From assembly GCA_963789395.1 (NCBI GenBank), contig CAWBKP010000017.1, positions 32,001 to 96,000 of the forward strand: a stretch of DNA of 64,000 nucleotides, written 5' to 3'. Of the stretch, positions 1 to 9,826 are shown in pieces. The translations under genes and the position numbers were made by a program. The DNA comes from an uncultured delta proteobacterium. GTDB lineage: Bacteria; Desulfobacterota; Desulfobacteria; Desulfobacterales; Desulfatirhabdiaceae. The notes under the pieces are model-generated. The model searched no databases, was not told the origin of the DNA, and was given only the letters and a program-made list of their open reading frames with translations. Within the stretch, counting starts at the first letter, position 1, and the number at the start of each line of letters is the position of its first letter.

Positions 1-3000
1 AAGATCCGCCTGACCCGCCTCCACCGAGATGCATACCGGCGCATGCCCCCCGTCCAGATACCAGGCGCCGGGAACCACATCATGTTCGGTCACCACGCGC
101 CCCGGACCAAGGGAGGCTTTTTGCCCGTCAACACTCAGAATCCGGTCCACCAGCATCAGGGGCTCGTCCGGAAGTCTGACCCGGGCAGGATAGGTGTCCA
201 CTTCCGCAAACTCGGGCCCCAGAACGCTTGCCGCGGATCCGACGGCAAATTCCATGCAGCGGGATCGGGAGTAGGCAATGACAGGAGAGCCGGGAAATGG
301 GGAGATGGGTGTATTCGGGCGTTCGTGGGGGTATGGCCGGGTGCTTGTGGCCGTCCGCGTGCCGTCATCCGTCCGGGAAAGTGCCAGTTGCTGCTGCAGG
401 AGTCGGGCTTGCAGCGCGAAGCCATCGGCAAAGCGCTGGCCCAGCGTGGTTGAAAATCTCAAAAACGACGCGTGGGCATCGGCAGCGGCGCTTGCGTTCC
501 GGGTAACTGCCTGCATCATATCAGGGGTATATACCGACGAGTCGGCGATGTTTCCCGTTTCCTGTCTCAGGAACACCGGATTCCTGCTGCCGCAGCTCTC
601 CGGGTCCGGGTGCACGGTGATGAATCCATCGGAATCCGGTGGCGCTGCCAAAGGGACTGGGGGCGTTTGTGGAAATTTGGGGCTGAAAGCATTGCCTCCG
701 GTCTTCAGTATCCGGTGACGGCCGTCTGTCCGGACAGACTCCGGATAAGACGTTTCACCGTAAAGGGGTTCCAGATCAATGAAAATCCGTTCGGCGGCCA
801 GGGTTCCCAAAAGCTTCAGGATGGAGACGACCTCGTCTTCCCCGCGGGAGCTGGCGGAAATTGCCAGATGCGGGCGATCTTCCAGGATGCGGGAGATCAT
901 CCGGGTGCAGCTTGAATGCGGCCCCGTTTCCAGAAAAATGCGAATCCCGTCCGCATAAGCCTGCTGAATGGTTGCGGTAAAATCAAACCCCGATACGGCC
1001 TGCCGGGTAATGGAATCGGCTGCGCTTTTCGTATTCAGGGAATACGCACGGTTCAGCGCGCAACTGTAAAAGCGGATATCCGTCGGGTGAACGGTGGGGA
1101 ACCGGTGGAGTGCGCGGTAGGCTTTTTGCACAGGTACGGCCGCATCGCAGTGAACCGCTACAACCCCGTCCAGGTAGACAGCTTCGCATTTCAAGGCCGC
1201 AATCACGCTTTCGACATCCGGCTGGTTGCCGCCGATCACACATTCCTCCGGCGTATTGACGATCAGCAGCCGGGCAAGGGGGAACAGGGGCAATACATGT
1301 TTGACGGCATCCGATGGGCGATTGACTGCCGCAACTTTCCAGGTAAAAGGTGCGGACGGTGCGATTTTCCAGGCGTTTCTGGCAGCATGGCAGGGGCCGG
1401 CCAGATCCGTATGAAACAAGGAACTTTTTGCCAGTCGGGACAGCATCTCCCCGCGATCCGGCCAGGCGCCCAGGGCAAAGAGGCCCGCGGTTTCCCCCAG
1501 GCTGTAACCGATCGCAGCCTGGGGGAAGATTCCAAAGGTTTGAATCAGACGGGTCATGAGGCTGCCGTGAACCACCTGGCCGAATATCGGAATCAGGGGA
1601 TCTGCTGAAATGGCGCCCAAAGCCTCGGCTTCCCATCCGGATACCCAGGATTTTCGAAATGGAACGTAGGCAGCAGGGACCATCTGCGTTTTCAGCGCAA
1701 GGGTTTCTGCATCCATTTGGCGAAGAATCTCGGGCCAGGTTACGGCCAGGGATCTTCCCATGCCCACATAATGATTTCCGGACCCGGGAAAGACAAAGGC
1801 CATGTCCCCCGATGTTCCCGCGGGCCGGGGGGTATAAGCAACGCCGGACCGGCCGCTGATACGCCGGGGGGTTTCGGATGATACGGCTTTACGGGCTTCC
1901 GCAATCAAGGATTTCAGTTGTTCGGGAGTATCCGCGATCAGGCTGACCGCATAAGGGTTTTTTTCAGACAGGGGATGCAGCTGGAACCACGATCTGGCTG
2001 CCTGTTCAAGCGGATGCCCCTGCTGAATATGCCGCTCCAGCAGGTTCATGCCGCTGGTAAGCGAATCCTTGTCTGTGCCTTCAATGATGAACAGCCCACC
2101 GGCAATGCGCCCAAGAGGTCTTCTTCGCTCCAGGTCGGTAGATGCCTTGATTATTTTGGGAGCAGGAGCGTCATGTCCTTCCAGAACCACATGACTGCAA
2201 GGCCCGTTTGCTGTCATGACAGCGCAGCAGGCCTTTCGCGGCCCGTCCTGACGGTTTCTTGTCCAGTAATGGGAAAACCCGGGAAAATGAAACCGGGTGC
2301 TGCGCCACCGGTCGTCGGGTGCCTGGGTATAGCCGGACAGTGGCGGAATGATTTCCTGATACAGGCACAGGCAGGTCTTGATCAAAGATGCCATCCCGGC
2401 TGCGGCGCCCGCATGTCCGATGACGGGTTTGACGGAACCGATGGCAACACAGGACGAATCCTCCTGAAACACGGCATCCAGCGCCGTTGCCTCAAGCCGA
2501 TCTTCAACCGGTTGGCCGCTGCCGTGGGCTTCAAAAAAACTGATCGCAGACGGTGGTATGCCGGCTTCATCCAGACTTTGTCGAAGCGATCTGGAGTAGG
2601 CTGTCGAATCCTTCGCTGATCCTGCACAGGCAGAGCCCATGCCCTTGATGACGCCATATATGCGGTTGCCGTCCGTGATTGCACTATCCAGCCGTTTGAG
2701 CACCACTGCGCCTGCGCCTTCACCCGGAAGGGTACCGTCGGCGGATCTGTCGAACGGGCGGATGTTGCCGGACGGCGAAAAGGGGTGGATGCCGTGAGCG
2801 ATCAGAATGCTGCGCACATCGCCGCTCATGTCCACGGCGCCGACCAGCATGGCGTCTGCTTCGTTTTTTTGAAGCAACCGTGCGGCAATGTCCAAAGCGC
2901 TGAAGCCGGATGCGCTGTTTGCGGAAACCGTAAAACTGGGTGCGCCCATGCCGAATTCCCGCGCGACCCTGCTGGCGACAACGCCGGCAAGCGCCCCAAG

Positions 3001-5019
3001 GGTCCGGGAAGCGTTGAGCGCAGGGCCAATATTATCTTTCAGGGTCTTCAGCCAGGCGGCTCTCTGGTCGTCATCAAGGGAAAAGCCGGCCTGCTTCAGC
3101 CAGTCTGCATGCGTGTTGCCAAGGCCCCATCTGACATGGTAATCCGTTGCTTCCATGTCAAAGCCCATGCCGATGATGGCCCCCATGCGGGGCCGAAGCG
3201 CTCGTGACGTATATCCGGCATCGGCCATTGCCCTGTGGGACACTTTCAGCATGAGCAGGTGCTGAATCAGGATATCGGGGATTTCATTGGGCGGAATATG
3301 CAACCGGCTCAGTTCAAGGGAAATCTCTTCAATGTACCCGCCGGGAAGATCCGGAAAATTCAGAAGGGCACCGGCAATCGCATCACAGCCTTTCCAGCGG
3401 CGTTCAGGGCGTTTGCGGATGCCGGTTTTTCCGGACAGGACCGCTTCCTGAAAGTCCCTCAGGGTTTGAAAGCTTCCAAAACAGGCATCCATGCCGACAA
3501 CGGCGATATCCAGTGCCGGATGGCGGATGGCGGATGATGCATGACTGGTTGTTGTTTCCGCTATCCGTCGTCTGTCGTCCGTCGTCGGATTTTGGTCAGG
3601 CCGGGGTGGATCCGGGCGGGTCTGCCGGGCAAAGATGAGAGATTTGGACGATGAAGTATCCGGTGCCCATTCTTCCAGAAGCACGTGGCCGTTGATGCCG
3701 CCAAACCCGAAAGCGCTGATTGCCGCGCGCCGGGGAATGCGGGAATCTCTGCGAGACCAGGGTTCGGCCAGGGACTGCACGCGGAACGGGCTGCCGTGAA
3801 GCGGGCTGTTCTCGGCAGGCGCGGTAAAATTCAAGGACGGCGGCAGGGTCTGGTGTTTTATGGCCAGCAGGGTTTTGATCATTCCGGCGGCTCCGGCCGC
3901 GGTCAGCAGATGCCCGATCATGGACTTGACGGAACCGATGGGGCATGGTCCGGATTTTGATCCGGCGTTCTCCCACAGCAGTTTCAGGCTTTGCAGTTCC
4001 GTGGCATCCCCGACCGGTGTTCCGGCGCCGTGACATTCGATGATATCCACATCAGACGGGCGCCACCCGGCTGCCTGATAGGCGGCCTGCATGGCCCTGA
4101 CCTGCCCCTCGGTGTCCGGAGCCAGCAGGTTTCCCCGCATGTCATTGGAAAGTCCGATGCCCCGGATGATTCCGAATATGGTATCACCGTCATTCAGCGC
4201 ATCTTCCAGCCGCTTCAGGACGAGAATCCCTGCGCCCTCACCGACCACAAGTCCGTCTGCACGGGCGTCAAACGGTGCGCACCGACCGGATTGCGACAGC
4301 GCCCGCAGCTGGCTGAACCCGACCTGGGTATACAGACAGTCGGGCCGGGACACCCCGCCTGCCAGAACCGCATCGCAGCGATGGTCGCCGAGCATGTCGC
4401 AGGCCAGCTTTACGGCATAAAGGGAGGATGCGCAGGCCGCATCCAGGGTAAACGCCGGGCCGCAAAGTCCCAGTGCCCGGGCCAGAACAGCGGCGGGAAG
4501 GGCCGTAACCTGGCTGGCCAGACAGTGATTTCGGGTCAGAGAAAATAATGGATCCGGGCGTTTCTGAAACAGAGCGTTTTTAAAGGATTCCCCGAGAATA
4601 TTTTGCGCCAGGCCGGATGATGTCTCTGTTGGCAGCGCAATTGCCGCCAGGATGACAGCGATGCGGTCCTTGTCAATGGCTGCGGACTGAAACACGGAAA
4701 AAGCTTTTTTGCCGGCTTCCAGAACCAGGTGAACCATCGGATCGAGAGAACGCAACAGGTCACCAGGCAAGGCAAAACCATCGGGATCAAAATCAAAATC
4801 CCGAATCACGCAGCCGCGCCGGTGAAAGGCCTTATCCGGAGCGGGCAGGGCGGATACCATGTCCGCCGGGCGCGCCACCCACCTGTCTTCCGGAATATCC
4901 CCGCAGGCATCCTGCTTCTCAACGATGTTACGCCAGAACCGGTCCAGGGTGGATGCGCCGGGAAAAATGCCGGCCATTGCCACAACAGCAATAGGGGAAT
5001 AGTTGTTCAATCGGGTCAC
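1..5019 (-). CDS. PUFA-synthase/iterative PKS subunit, PfaBC/Pfa3-like (KS - CLF-like KS - AT - FabA-like DH), partial, runs off the left edge
   Basis: Manual translation gives IAVVAMAGIFPGA at the start (GTG 5019 or TTG 5010), KS motifs TLDAACASSLYAVKLA (~4400-4450), ECHGAGTPVGD, GSVKSMIGHLLTAAG and FGFGGING. The second KS has no catalytic Cys (FTVSANSASG, ~2905-2935). AT motifs AFVFPGSGNHYVGMG (~1755-1800) and IGYSLGETA (~1490-1512). DH motifs LPDEPLMLVDRIL and VVTEHDV..GAWYL. No minus-strand ORF in this frame is in the track, consistent with no stop in the window. Apparent 1-nt indel at the C6 run ~46-51. Confidence 0.9.
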   Translation of the reverse strand, partial: MTRLNNYSPIAVVAMAGIFPGASTLDRFWRNIVEKQDACGDIPEDRWVARPADMVSALPAPDKAFHRRGCVIRDFDFDPDGFALPGDLLRSLDPMVHLVLEAGKKAFSVFQSAAIDKDRIAVILAAIALPTETSSGLAQNILGESFKNALFQKRPDPLFSLTRNHCLASQVTALPAAVLARALGLCGPAFTLDAACASSLYAVKLACDMLGDHRCDAVLAGGVSRPDCLYTQVGFSQLRALSQSGRCAPFDARADGLVVGEGAGILVLKRLEDALNDGDTIFGIIRGIGLSNDMRGNLLAPDTEGQVRAMQAAYQAAGWRPSDVDIIECHGAGTPVGDATELQSLKLLWENAGSKSGPCPIGSVKSMIGHLLTAAGAAGMIKTLLAIKHQTLPPSLNFTAPAENSPLHGSPFRVQSLAEPWSRRDSRIPRRAAISAFGFGGINGHVLLEEWAPDTSSSKSLIFARQTRPDPPRPDQNPTTDDRRRIAETTTSHASSAIRHPALDIAVVGMDACFGSFQTLRDFQEAVLSGKTGIRKRPERRWKGCDAIAGALLNFPDLPGGYIEEISLELSRLHIPPNEIPDILIQHLLMLKVSHRAMADAGYTSRALRPRMGAIIGMGFDMEATDYHVRWGLGNTHADWLKQAGFSLDDDQRAAWLKTLKDNIGPALNASRTLGALAGVVASRVAREFGMGAPSFTVSANSASGFSALDIAARLLQKNEADAMLVGAVDMSGDVRSILIAHGIHPFSPSGNIRPFDRSADGTLPGEGAGAVVLKRLDSAITDGNRIYGVIKGMGSACAGSAKDSTAYSRSLRQSLDEAGIPPSAISFFEAHGSGQPVEDRLEATALDAVFQEDSSCVAIGSVKPVIGHAGAAAGMASLIKTCLCLYQEIIPPLSGYTQAPDDRWRSTRFHFPGFSHYWTRNRQDGPRKACCAVMTANGPCSHVVLEGHDAPAPKIIKASTDLERRRPLGRIAGGLFIIEGTDKDSLTSGMNLLERHIQQGHPLEQAARSWFQLHPLSEKNPYAVSLIADTPEQLKSLIAEARKAVSSETPRRISGRSGVAYTPRPAGTSGDMAFVFPGSGNHYVGMGRSLAVTWPEILRQMDAETLALKTQMVPAAYVPFRKSWVSGWEAEALGAISADPLIPIFGQVVHGSLMTRLIQTFGIFPQAAIGYSLGETAGLFALGAWPDRGEMLSRLAKSSLFHTDLAGPCHAARNAWKIAPSAPFTWKVAAVNRPSDAVKHVLPLFPLARLLIVNTPEECVIGGNQPDVESVIAALKCEAVYLDGVVAVHCDAAVPVQKAYRALHRFPTVHPTDIRFYSCALNRAYSLNTKSAADSITRQAVSGFDFTATIQQAYADGIRIFLETGPHSSCTRMISRILEDRPHLAISASSRGEDEVVSILKLLGTLAAERIFIDLEPLYGETSYPESVRTDGRHRILKTGGNAFSPKFPQTPPVPLAAPPDSDGFITVHPDPESCGSRNPVFLRQETGNIADSSVYTPDMMQAVTRNASAAADAHASFLRFSTTLGQRFADGFALQARLLQQQLALSRTDDGTRTATSTRPYPHERPNTPISPFPGSPVIAYSRSRCMEFAVGSAASVLGPEFAEVDTYPARVRLPDEPLMLVDRILSVDGQKASLGPGRVVTEHDVVPGAWYLDGGHAPVCISVEAGQADL
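3518..3588. repeat. Heptamer tandem repeats (CGGATGG-type x3 and CCGTCGT-type x3) forming an imperfect inverted repeat in the KS-CLF linker
   Basis: cggatggcggatggcggat ... atccgtcgtctgtcgtccg pairs over 19 nt on the + strand using G-T wobbles. Confidence 0.6.
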
Positions 5020-5140
5020 AAATTCATCTTTGAAAATAGGTTAATGATGGCGCTTTATACCCTTTTTCCGGTTTTATTTGCAATACCCGAAGAAAAATGA
5101 TGCATTTTTGATTTACTTTAAACAGCCATTATCTGTGTAT

Positions 5141-5178
5141 TCTGCTTGTTCCCAAGCGCCAGCGTGGAAACAAGCGGA
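5141..5178. repeat. REP-like palindrome, copy 1
   Basis: tctgCTTGTTCCCAAGCGCCAGCGTGGAAACAAGcgga; closely resembles 49097-49126 and the core of 14232-14281. Confidence 0.7.
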
Positions 5179-5191
5179 AAGGCAGCAATGC

Positions 5192-5290
5192 TCATTCTGC
5201 ATTGTTCCCGATAGATACATCACAATACATTTTTTCAAGTTCTTGTGTCATCTCCATGAATTCCTGCCTGAGTGTTTCAGGTGCCAGAAT
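5192..5290 (-). pseudogene. Possible C-terminal remnant of a WYL-domain regulator
   Basis: Reads ILAPETLRQEFMEMTQELEKMYCDVSIGNNAE*, resembling the VLxPxxLR...Y end of WYL/WCX proteins; no upstream gene body. Confidence 0.35.
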
Positions 5291-5372
5291 GTGTCGTGTT
5301 CGATTTGAGGTGGTTCTGTTTTAAACGGATATCGTGGATGTTTGCTACGGCATATTGGGGTATTGAGGATTT

Positions 5373-5645
5373 TTATGGCCGAAATAAGTCGGAGTGCGTT
5401 CCTGTACGTTCAAATATAACCCGATTCTCTTCATATTTATAGACCAGGAGCCAATCGGATTCAATGTGGCACTCCTTGCGCCCCTGCCACTTGCCAAGAA
5501 GTTTGTGATCCCGATGGATAAGATCAAGTTTTTCTTCCGCGACCAATGAACGGATGACTATCTTGATCTTTTCAAGATTTTTTCCGCGTTTTCGCATCCG
5601 CTTGATGTCTTTATCAAACTGGCGTGTAAATATTGGCGTGAGCAT
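5373..5645 (-). CDS. yafQ: Type II TA toxin, YafQ/RelE family mRNA interferase
   Basis: Motifs QFDKDIK, HKLLGKW, RECHIESDWLLVY-like (KECHIESDWLLVY), RTGTHSDLF; ATG overlaps antitoxin stop (TGATG). Confidence 0.92.
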   Translation of the reverse strand: MLTPIFTRQFDKDIKRMRKRGKNLEKIKIVIRSLVAEEKLDLIHRDHKLLGKWQGRKECHIESDWLLVYKYEENRVIFERTGTHSDLFRP

Positions 5646-5905
5646 CAAATACCGAGCTTTTTAAACATATCTTCAGCGTCTTCACAAACAATCAGATCAT
5701 GTCCGGCATCCGTGCTTGCAAAAGTCCTGCGGGTCGTCTCATTGGGAATAGCAACTTCAAAGGGTAATCCATCTCGCAACTCGACTTGCTTATAAAACAG
5801 CGTGATAGCTTGGGTTGTTGTCAAACCCAGCCTGCTGAAGACATGTTCTGCCTTGTCCTTGAGTTCGGGTAGTATCCGGGCGCGTATTGTTGATGATTTG
5901 CTCAT
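5645..5905 (-). CDS. dinJ: Type II TA antitoxin, RelB/DinJ family
   Basis: IRARI..ELKDKAE.VF..LGLT..QAI.LF...V....GLPFEV.IPN; GGAGG RBS; directly upstream of toxin. Confidence 0.9.
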   Translation of the reverse strand: MSKSSTIRARILPELKDKAEHVFSRLGLTTTQAITLFYKQVELRDGLPFEVAIPNETTRRTFASTDAGHDLIVCEDAEDMFKKLGI

Positions 5906-5929
5906 AATTTACCTCCATGTGTTATGAAT

Positions 5930-5958
5930 AAAGTAGCTCAAATGGGGTACATTGTCAA
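5930..5958 (-). promoter_or_regulatory. Sigma70-type promoter of the TA operon with an imperfect inverted repeat (possible autorepression operator)
   Basis: TTGACA (5958-5953), 17 nt, TACTTT (5935-5930); TGTACCCCA/TGAGCTACT imperfect dyad spanning the spacer and -10. Confidence 0.55.
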
Positions 5959-6201
5959 TACGGATTGATCGGCTTGAAAGCCCACCTCGACCTCCCTTTT
6001 CCAAAGCAGGAAGTTCTCATGATTCTGTTTGGGGGGGATTGCCCGGATGATTTATGACGGGTTGCCGTGAAAATGCTACCGGTTTGCTTTCAAATCGTTA
6101 AATAAATCTGGCAGCCCCGGGAGTTTTCCGATATAGTTTGGCGGAAATTTCGCTGTGGAATCAAATGATAATCCATTGTGTAGGTGGAAAGGCACTTAGA
6201 A

Positions 6202-7432
6202 ATGGCATCGAAAGCGCAACAGCTTATGGAAAAAGGGGTAAGAATTCATAATCCCGATACCGTGGATATTGGAGCGGAAGTTGATTTGAAGCGGATTTCA
6301 GGGGATGGGGTCACCCTCTATCCCGGCTGCCGGATTTATGGCGAGAAAACACTCATTCTTGCCGGTGCGAAACTGGGATACGAGGGGCCGGTTACGGTGG
6401 AGAACTGCTGCATCGGGCCGCGGGTGGAGCTGAAAGGTGGATTTTTCAGAAAGTCGGTTTTCCTGGATGATGTGGTGATGGGGTTTGGCGCCCACGTGAG
6501 AGAAGGGACCATTCTGGAAGAGCAGGCAAGCGGCGCGCATGCGGTTGCGTTGAAGCAGACCATCCTGTTTCCCTTTGTTACGCTCGGCAGCCTGATCAAT
6601 TTCTGCGATTGCCTGATGGCCGGCGGAACCAGCAGGAAGAATCACAGTGAAGTCGGCAGCTCTTACATTCATTTCAATTTCACGCCCAATCAGGACAAGG
6701 CAACGGCATCCTTGCTCGGAGATGTTCCCCGGGGAGTCATGCTGAATCAATCCCCCATTTTTTTAGGGGGCCAGGGAGGACTTGTCGGGCCCTGCCGGCT
6801 TGCATACGGAACCGTGCTTGCCGCCGGCTCCATATGCCGCAAGGACGAGCTGAGGCCCGATCGACTGATTCAGGAAGGAGGCGCCAGAAGCGCCAATGTT
6901 GCCGTTTACCCGCGGGATGCATTTGACCCTGAAACGCATTCTGGTCAACAACATCCATTATATCGCAAATTTAATGGCCCTCAGGCAGTGGTATATCCAT
7001 GTCCGGTCGGCGTTTGTGGGGCAAGACTTTACCAGCGAACTGTTTGAAGGGCTTATGGAAACACTTCAGATGGCGATTCAGGAGCGCATTGCCCGGCTGC
7101 TGGCCTATTGCCGGAGCCTGCCGGTTTGCGGTGCGCCCCAGACCGTCCAGGCGAATCGTCAGTGCGAGATATATCACAACTGCACCCAGCTTGAAAGGCT
7201 CTATCTGATGCAGAATACCTGGCCGGGGAACGACAGCCTGCGGGAGGGTTTTCTGGAGGCCGTCCGTCAGGGAATTCAAGTAAGCGGAAACAGCTATATT
7301 CCCGTGATCCTGGGACTCAGTGAAAAACAGCGCGAATCCGGAACAGCCTGGCTTCAGGGAATTGTCGATCACATCGTTACAGAATCGCTTCAGATTTTTC
7401 CATCCCTGGCATCCGGCGTGGCGGGGGAATAA
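6202..7432 (+). CDS. GlmU-like left-handed beta-helix protein (frameshifted near 6905-6915)
   Basis: ORFs 6184-7047 and 6896-7432 join. N-terminus QQLMEKGVRIHNPDTVDI and hexapeptide-like repeats resemble the GlmU acetyltransferase half; directly upstream of glmM. Confidence 0.7.
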
Positions 7433-7442
7433 GGAATCACAC

Positions 7443-8793
7443 ATGAAAAAATTGTTTGGAACAGACGGCATTCGCGGGGTTGCCAATCGACATCCCATGA
7501 CTCCGGAAATGGCGGTTGCGGTCGGCAGGGCCATTGCCGCCAATTTTAAAACCGGATCCTCTTCCAGGGTTGTCATCGGAAAGGACACCCGGATCTCCGG
7601 CGACATGCTGGAATGCGGGCTGGCTGCAGGCCTTTGTTCGATGGGTGCGGATGTCTGTCTCTGCGGCGTCCTGCCCACCCCGGGGGTTGCCGCCATTGCC
7701 GCCAAGTTGGGGGCATGCGCCGGCATTGTTGTGTCCGCCTCTCACAATCCTTACGCGGATAACGGGATCAAGGTGTTTGACGGAAACGGATTCAAGCTTT
7801 CCGAATCCGTCGAGCAGGTGCTTGAAGAGCGGATTCTAAAGGCATTGCAGCCTGGATCATCTTCACATTCGCCTGCTGTCGGGCGTTGCGACGCCATTAT
7901 GGATGCCCTGGATTATTATGGGGATTTTCTGGTGAACACTGTCCCGGATTTGTCTCTGGACGGGCGTTGCCTGGTTCTGGACTGCTCGCATGGCGCCACG
8001 TTTCAGGCTGCTCCCGAAGTCTTTTCGAGACTGGGCGCCAAGATTATCGTCCTGTCCGATAAGCCGGACGGCGTCAACATCAATGCCGGCTGCGGCTCCC
8101 AGCATCCCGAAGCTCTTGCAAAAGGCGGTTCTGAAACACAAGGCCCATGCCGGGTTTGCCTTTGACGGGGACGGCGACCGGGTGATCGCCGTTGATGAAA
8201 CCGGAAGGGTACTGACCGGAGATCAGGCCCTGGCCGTCTGTGCCGTCCACATGAAACAGGCCGGCAGGCTGGCCGGCAACCGGGTAGTGGCAACCGTCAT
8301 GAGTAACATGGGGCTTAAAATCGCCTTGAAAAAACAGGGAATCCTCCTTTCGCTGGCTCAGGTGGGGGACCGCCACGTCATGGAGATGATGAAATCCGAA
8401 GGTGCAATTCTTGGCGGAGAGGATTCCGGACACACCCTGTTTCTGGATCGGCATACCACCGGCGACGGCATCCTGAGCGCGCTTCAGCTTCTTGAAGCCA
8501 TGCGATCCGCTTCAAAACCGCTTTCAAAACTGGCCGGGATCATGAGCGTCTTCCCGCAGGTTCTGATCAATGTTCCGGTGAGTGAAAAACCCGATATCGA
8601 GACGGTCGCCGGAATCCGGGATGCCGTCTGTCAGGTGGAAACCCGCCTGGGAGAAGAAGGAAGGGTGCTGGTCCGGTATTCGGGGACCCAGCCGCTGTGC
8701 CGCGTCATGGTGGAGGGGCCGTCCAAAAAAGAAACCCGGGCTTTTGCCGAAGAAATCGCAGCAAAAGTCCGGGTCGCCATTGGAAAGGCATGA
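7443..8793 (+). CDS. glmM: Phosphoglucosamine mutase (frameshift near the A4 run ~8120)
   Basis: MKKLFGTDGIRG, GKDTRISG, SASHNP, FDGDGDR, GGEDSGH, RYSGTQP split over two frames. Confidence 0.95.
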
Positions 8794-8801
8794 TGCAGAC
8801 C

Positions 8802-8832
8802 GGCTGAAGGCATACGGTTTCAGCCTTCAGCC
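8802..8832. terminator. Hairpin between convergent glmM and yccA (TCAGCCT heptamer-type)
   Basis: ggctgaagg ... ccttcagcc inverted repeat in a 46-nt convergent gap. Confidence 0.5.
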
Positions 8833-8839
8833 TGAACGG

Positions 8840-9547
8840 TTATCTTCTGTCGCCCAGTATCCTCAGGAGCATTAAAAACAGGTTGATAAAATCCAGATAC
8901 AGGGTGAGCGCGCCGAGTATGGTGCCTTTTCGGACAACGCCTGCATCCAGACCGGCCGGCTGGGACAGCGCCATCATTTTCAGCTTCTGGGTATCGTAGG
9001 CGGTGAGTCCCACAAAAACGATAACGCCGATATAGCTGATGATCATGCTCATTCCAGAGCTTTGAATGAACATGTTGACTACCGATGCAATGACGATGCC
9101 GATCAGTCCCATGGTCATAAAGCCGCCCATGGAGGTCAGATCCCGCTTGGTGATCATGCCATAGACACTGCATGCGCCGAATGTGGCGGCGCAGATGAAA
9201 AAGACGGATGCAACCGATGACGATGTGTAGATCAGAAACACAAACGACAATGTCAGTCCGTTTAATGCCGAATAGAGCAAGAACATGGCGGTGGCTGTCG
9301 ATGCCTGGATCTTCTGGATTCTGGCACTCAGGTAAAATACCAGCGCCAGCTCGCCGATGATCAGACCGAAAAACAGAATCTGATTCGAAAAAATCAGCCG
9401 GATCAGGGATTCGCTGCTGGCGACATAAATTGCCACCAGGCCCGTAAGTGCCAGACCGGCCGCCATCCAGTTGTAAACGCTGCGAATAAACTGATTGACC
9501 TGAACCTGTGCCTGAGCCTGTGTTGTTCCAAATGGTAAGGTCTGCAT
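8840..9547 (-). CDS. Bax inhibitor-1/YccA family membrane protein
   Basis: About 7 hydrophobic segments; GLTAYDTQKLK and GALTLYLDFINLFL motifs; GGAGG RBS. Confidence 0.95.
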   Translation of the reverse strand: MQTLPFGTTQAQAQVQVNQFIRSVYNWMAAGLALTGLVAIYVASSESLIRLIFSNQILFFGLIIGELALVFYLSARIQKIQASTATAMFLLYSALNGLTLSFVFLIYTSSSVASVFFICAATFGACSVYGMITKRDLTSMGGFMTMGLIGIVIASVVNMFIQSSGMSMIISYIGVIVFVGLTAYDTQKLKMMALSQPAGLDAGVVRKGTILGALTLYLDFINLFLMLLRILGDRR

Positions 9548-9826
9548 GAAACACCTCCTGAATTATATGGTTATTTAATATTAAATGATAACACAATCCG
9601 TGAATTTTTCAAGAGCATTTCTCAATCATTCTCATAGTATACCCAATACATTCGATTTTATTTAAAACCAATCAATGCGTTCGGGTGTGTCTATGGCTTT
9701 GATGCATACTTTCCGCCCCCTCTTGCCGTTGCCGTCAGTGACATGGCAGAACCCTGCTATGCCATGCAATGCGTTTTCTGATGACGCTGAAGCTATGATC
9801 GGCCTGACGAATGACATCCTGGCGCA

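Noticed and set aside
43..5100. Many plus-strand ORFs of 100-230 aa
   Set aside because: Antisense shadows of the minus-strand PKS/PUFA gene; no recognisable motifs
8110..8130. Programmed frameshifting in glmM or other split genes
   Set aside because: No canonical slippery heptamer with a stimulatory structure; the genome-wide indel pattern is better explained by sequencing error
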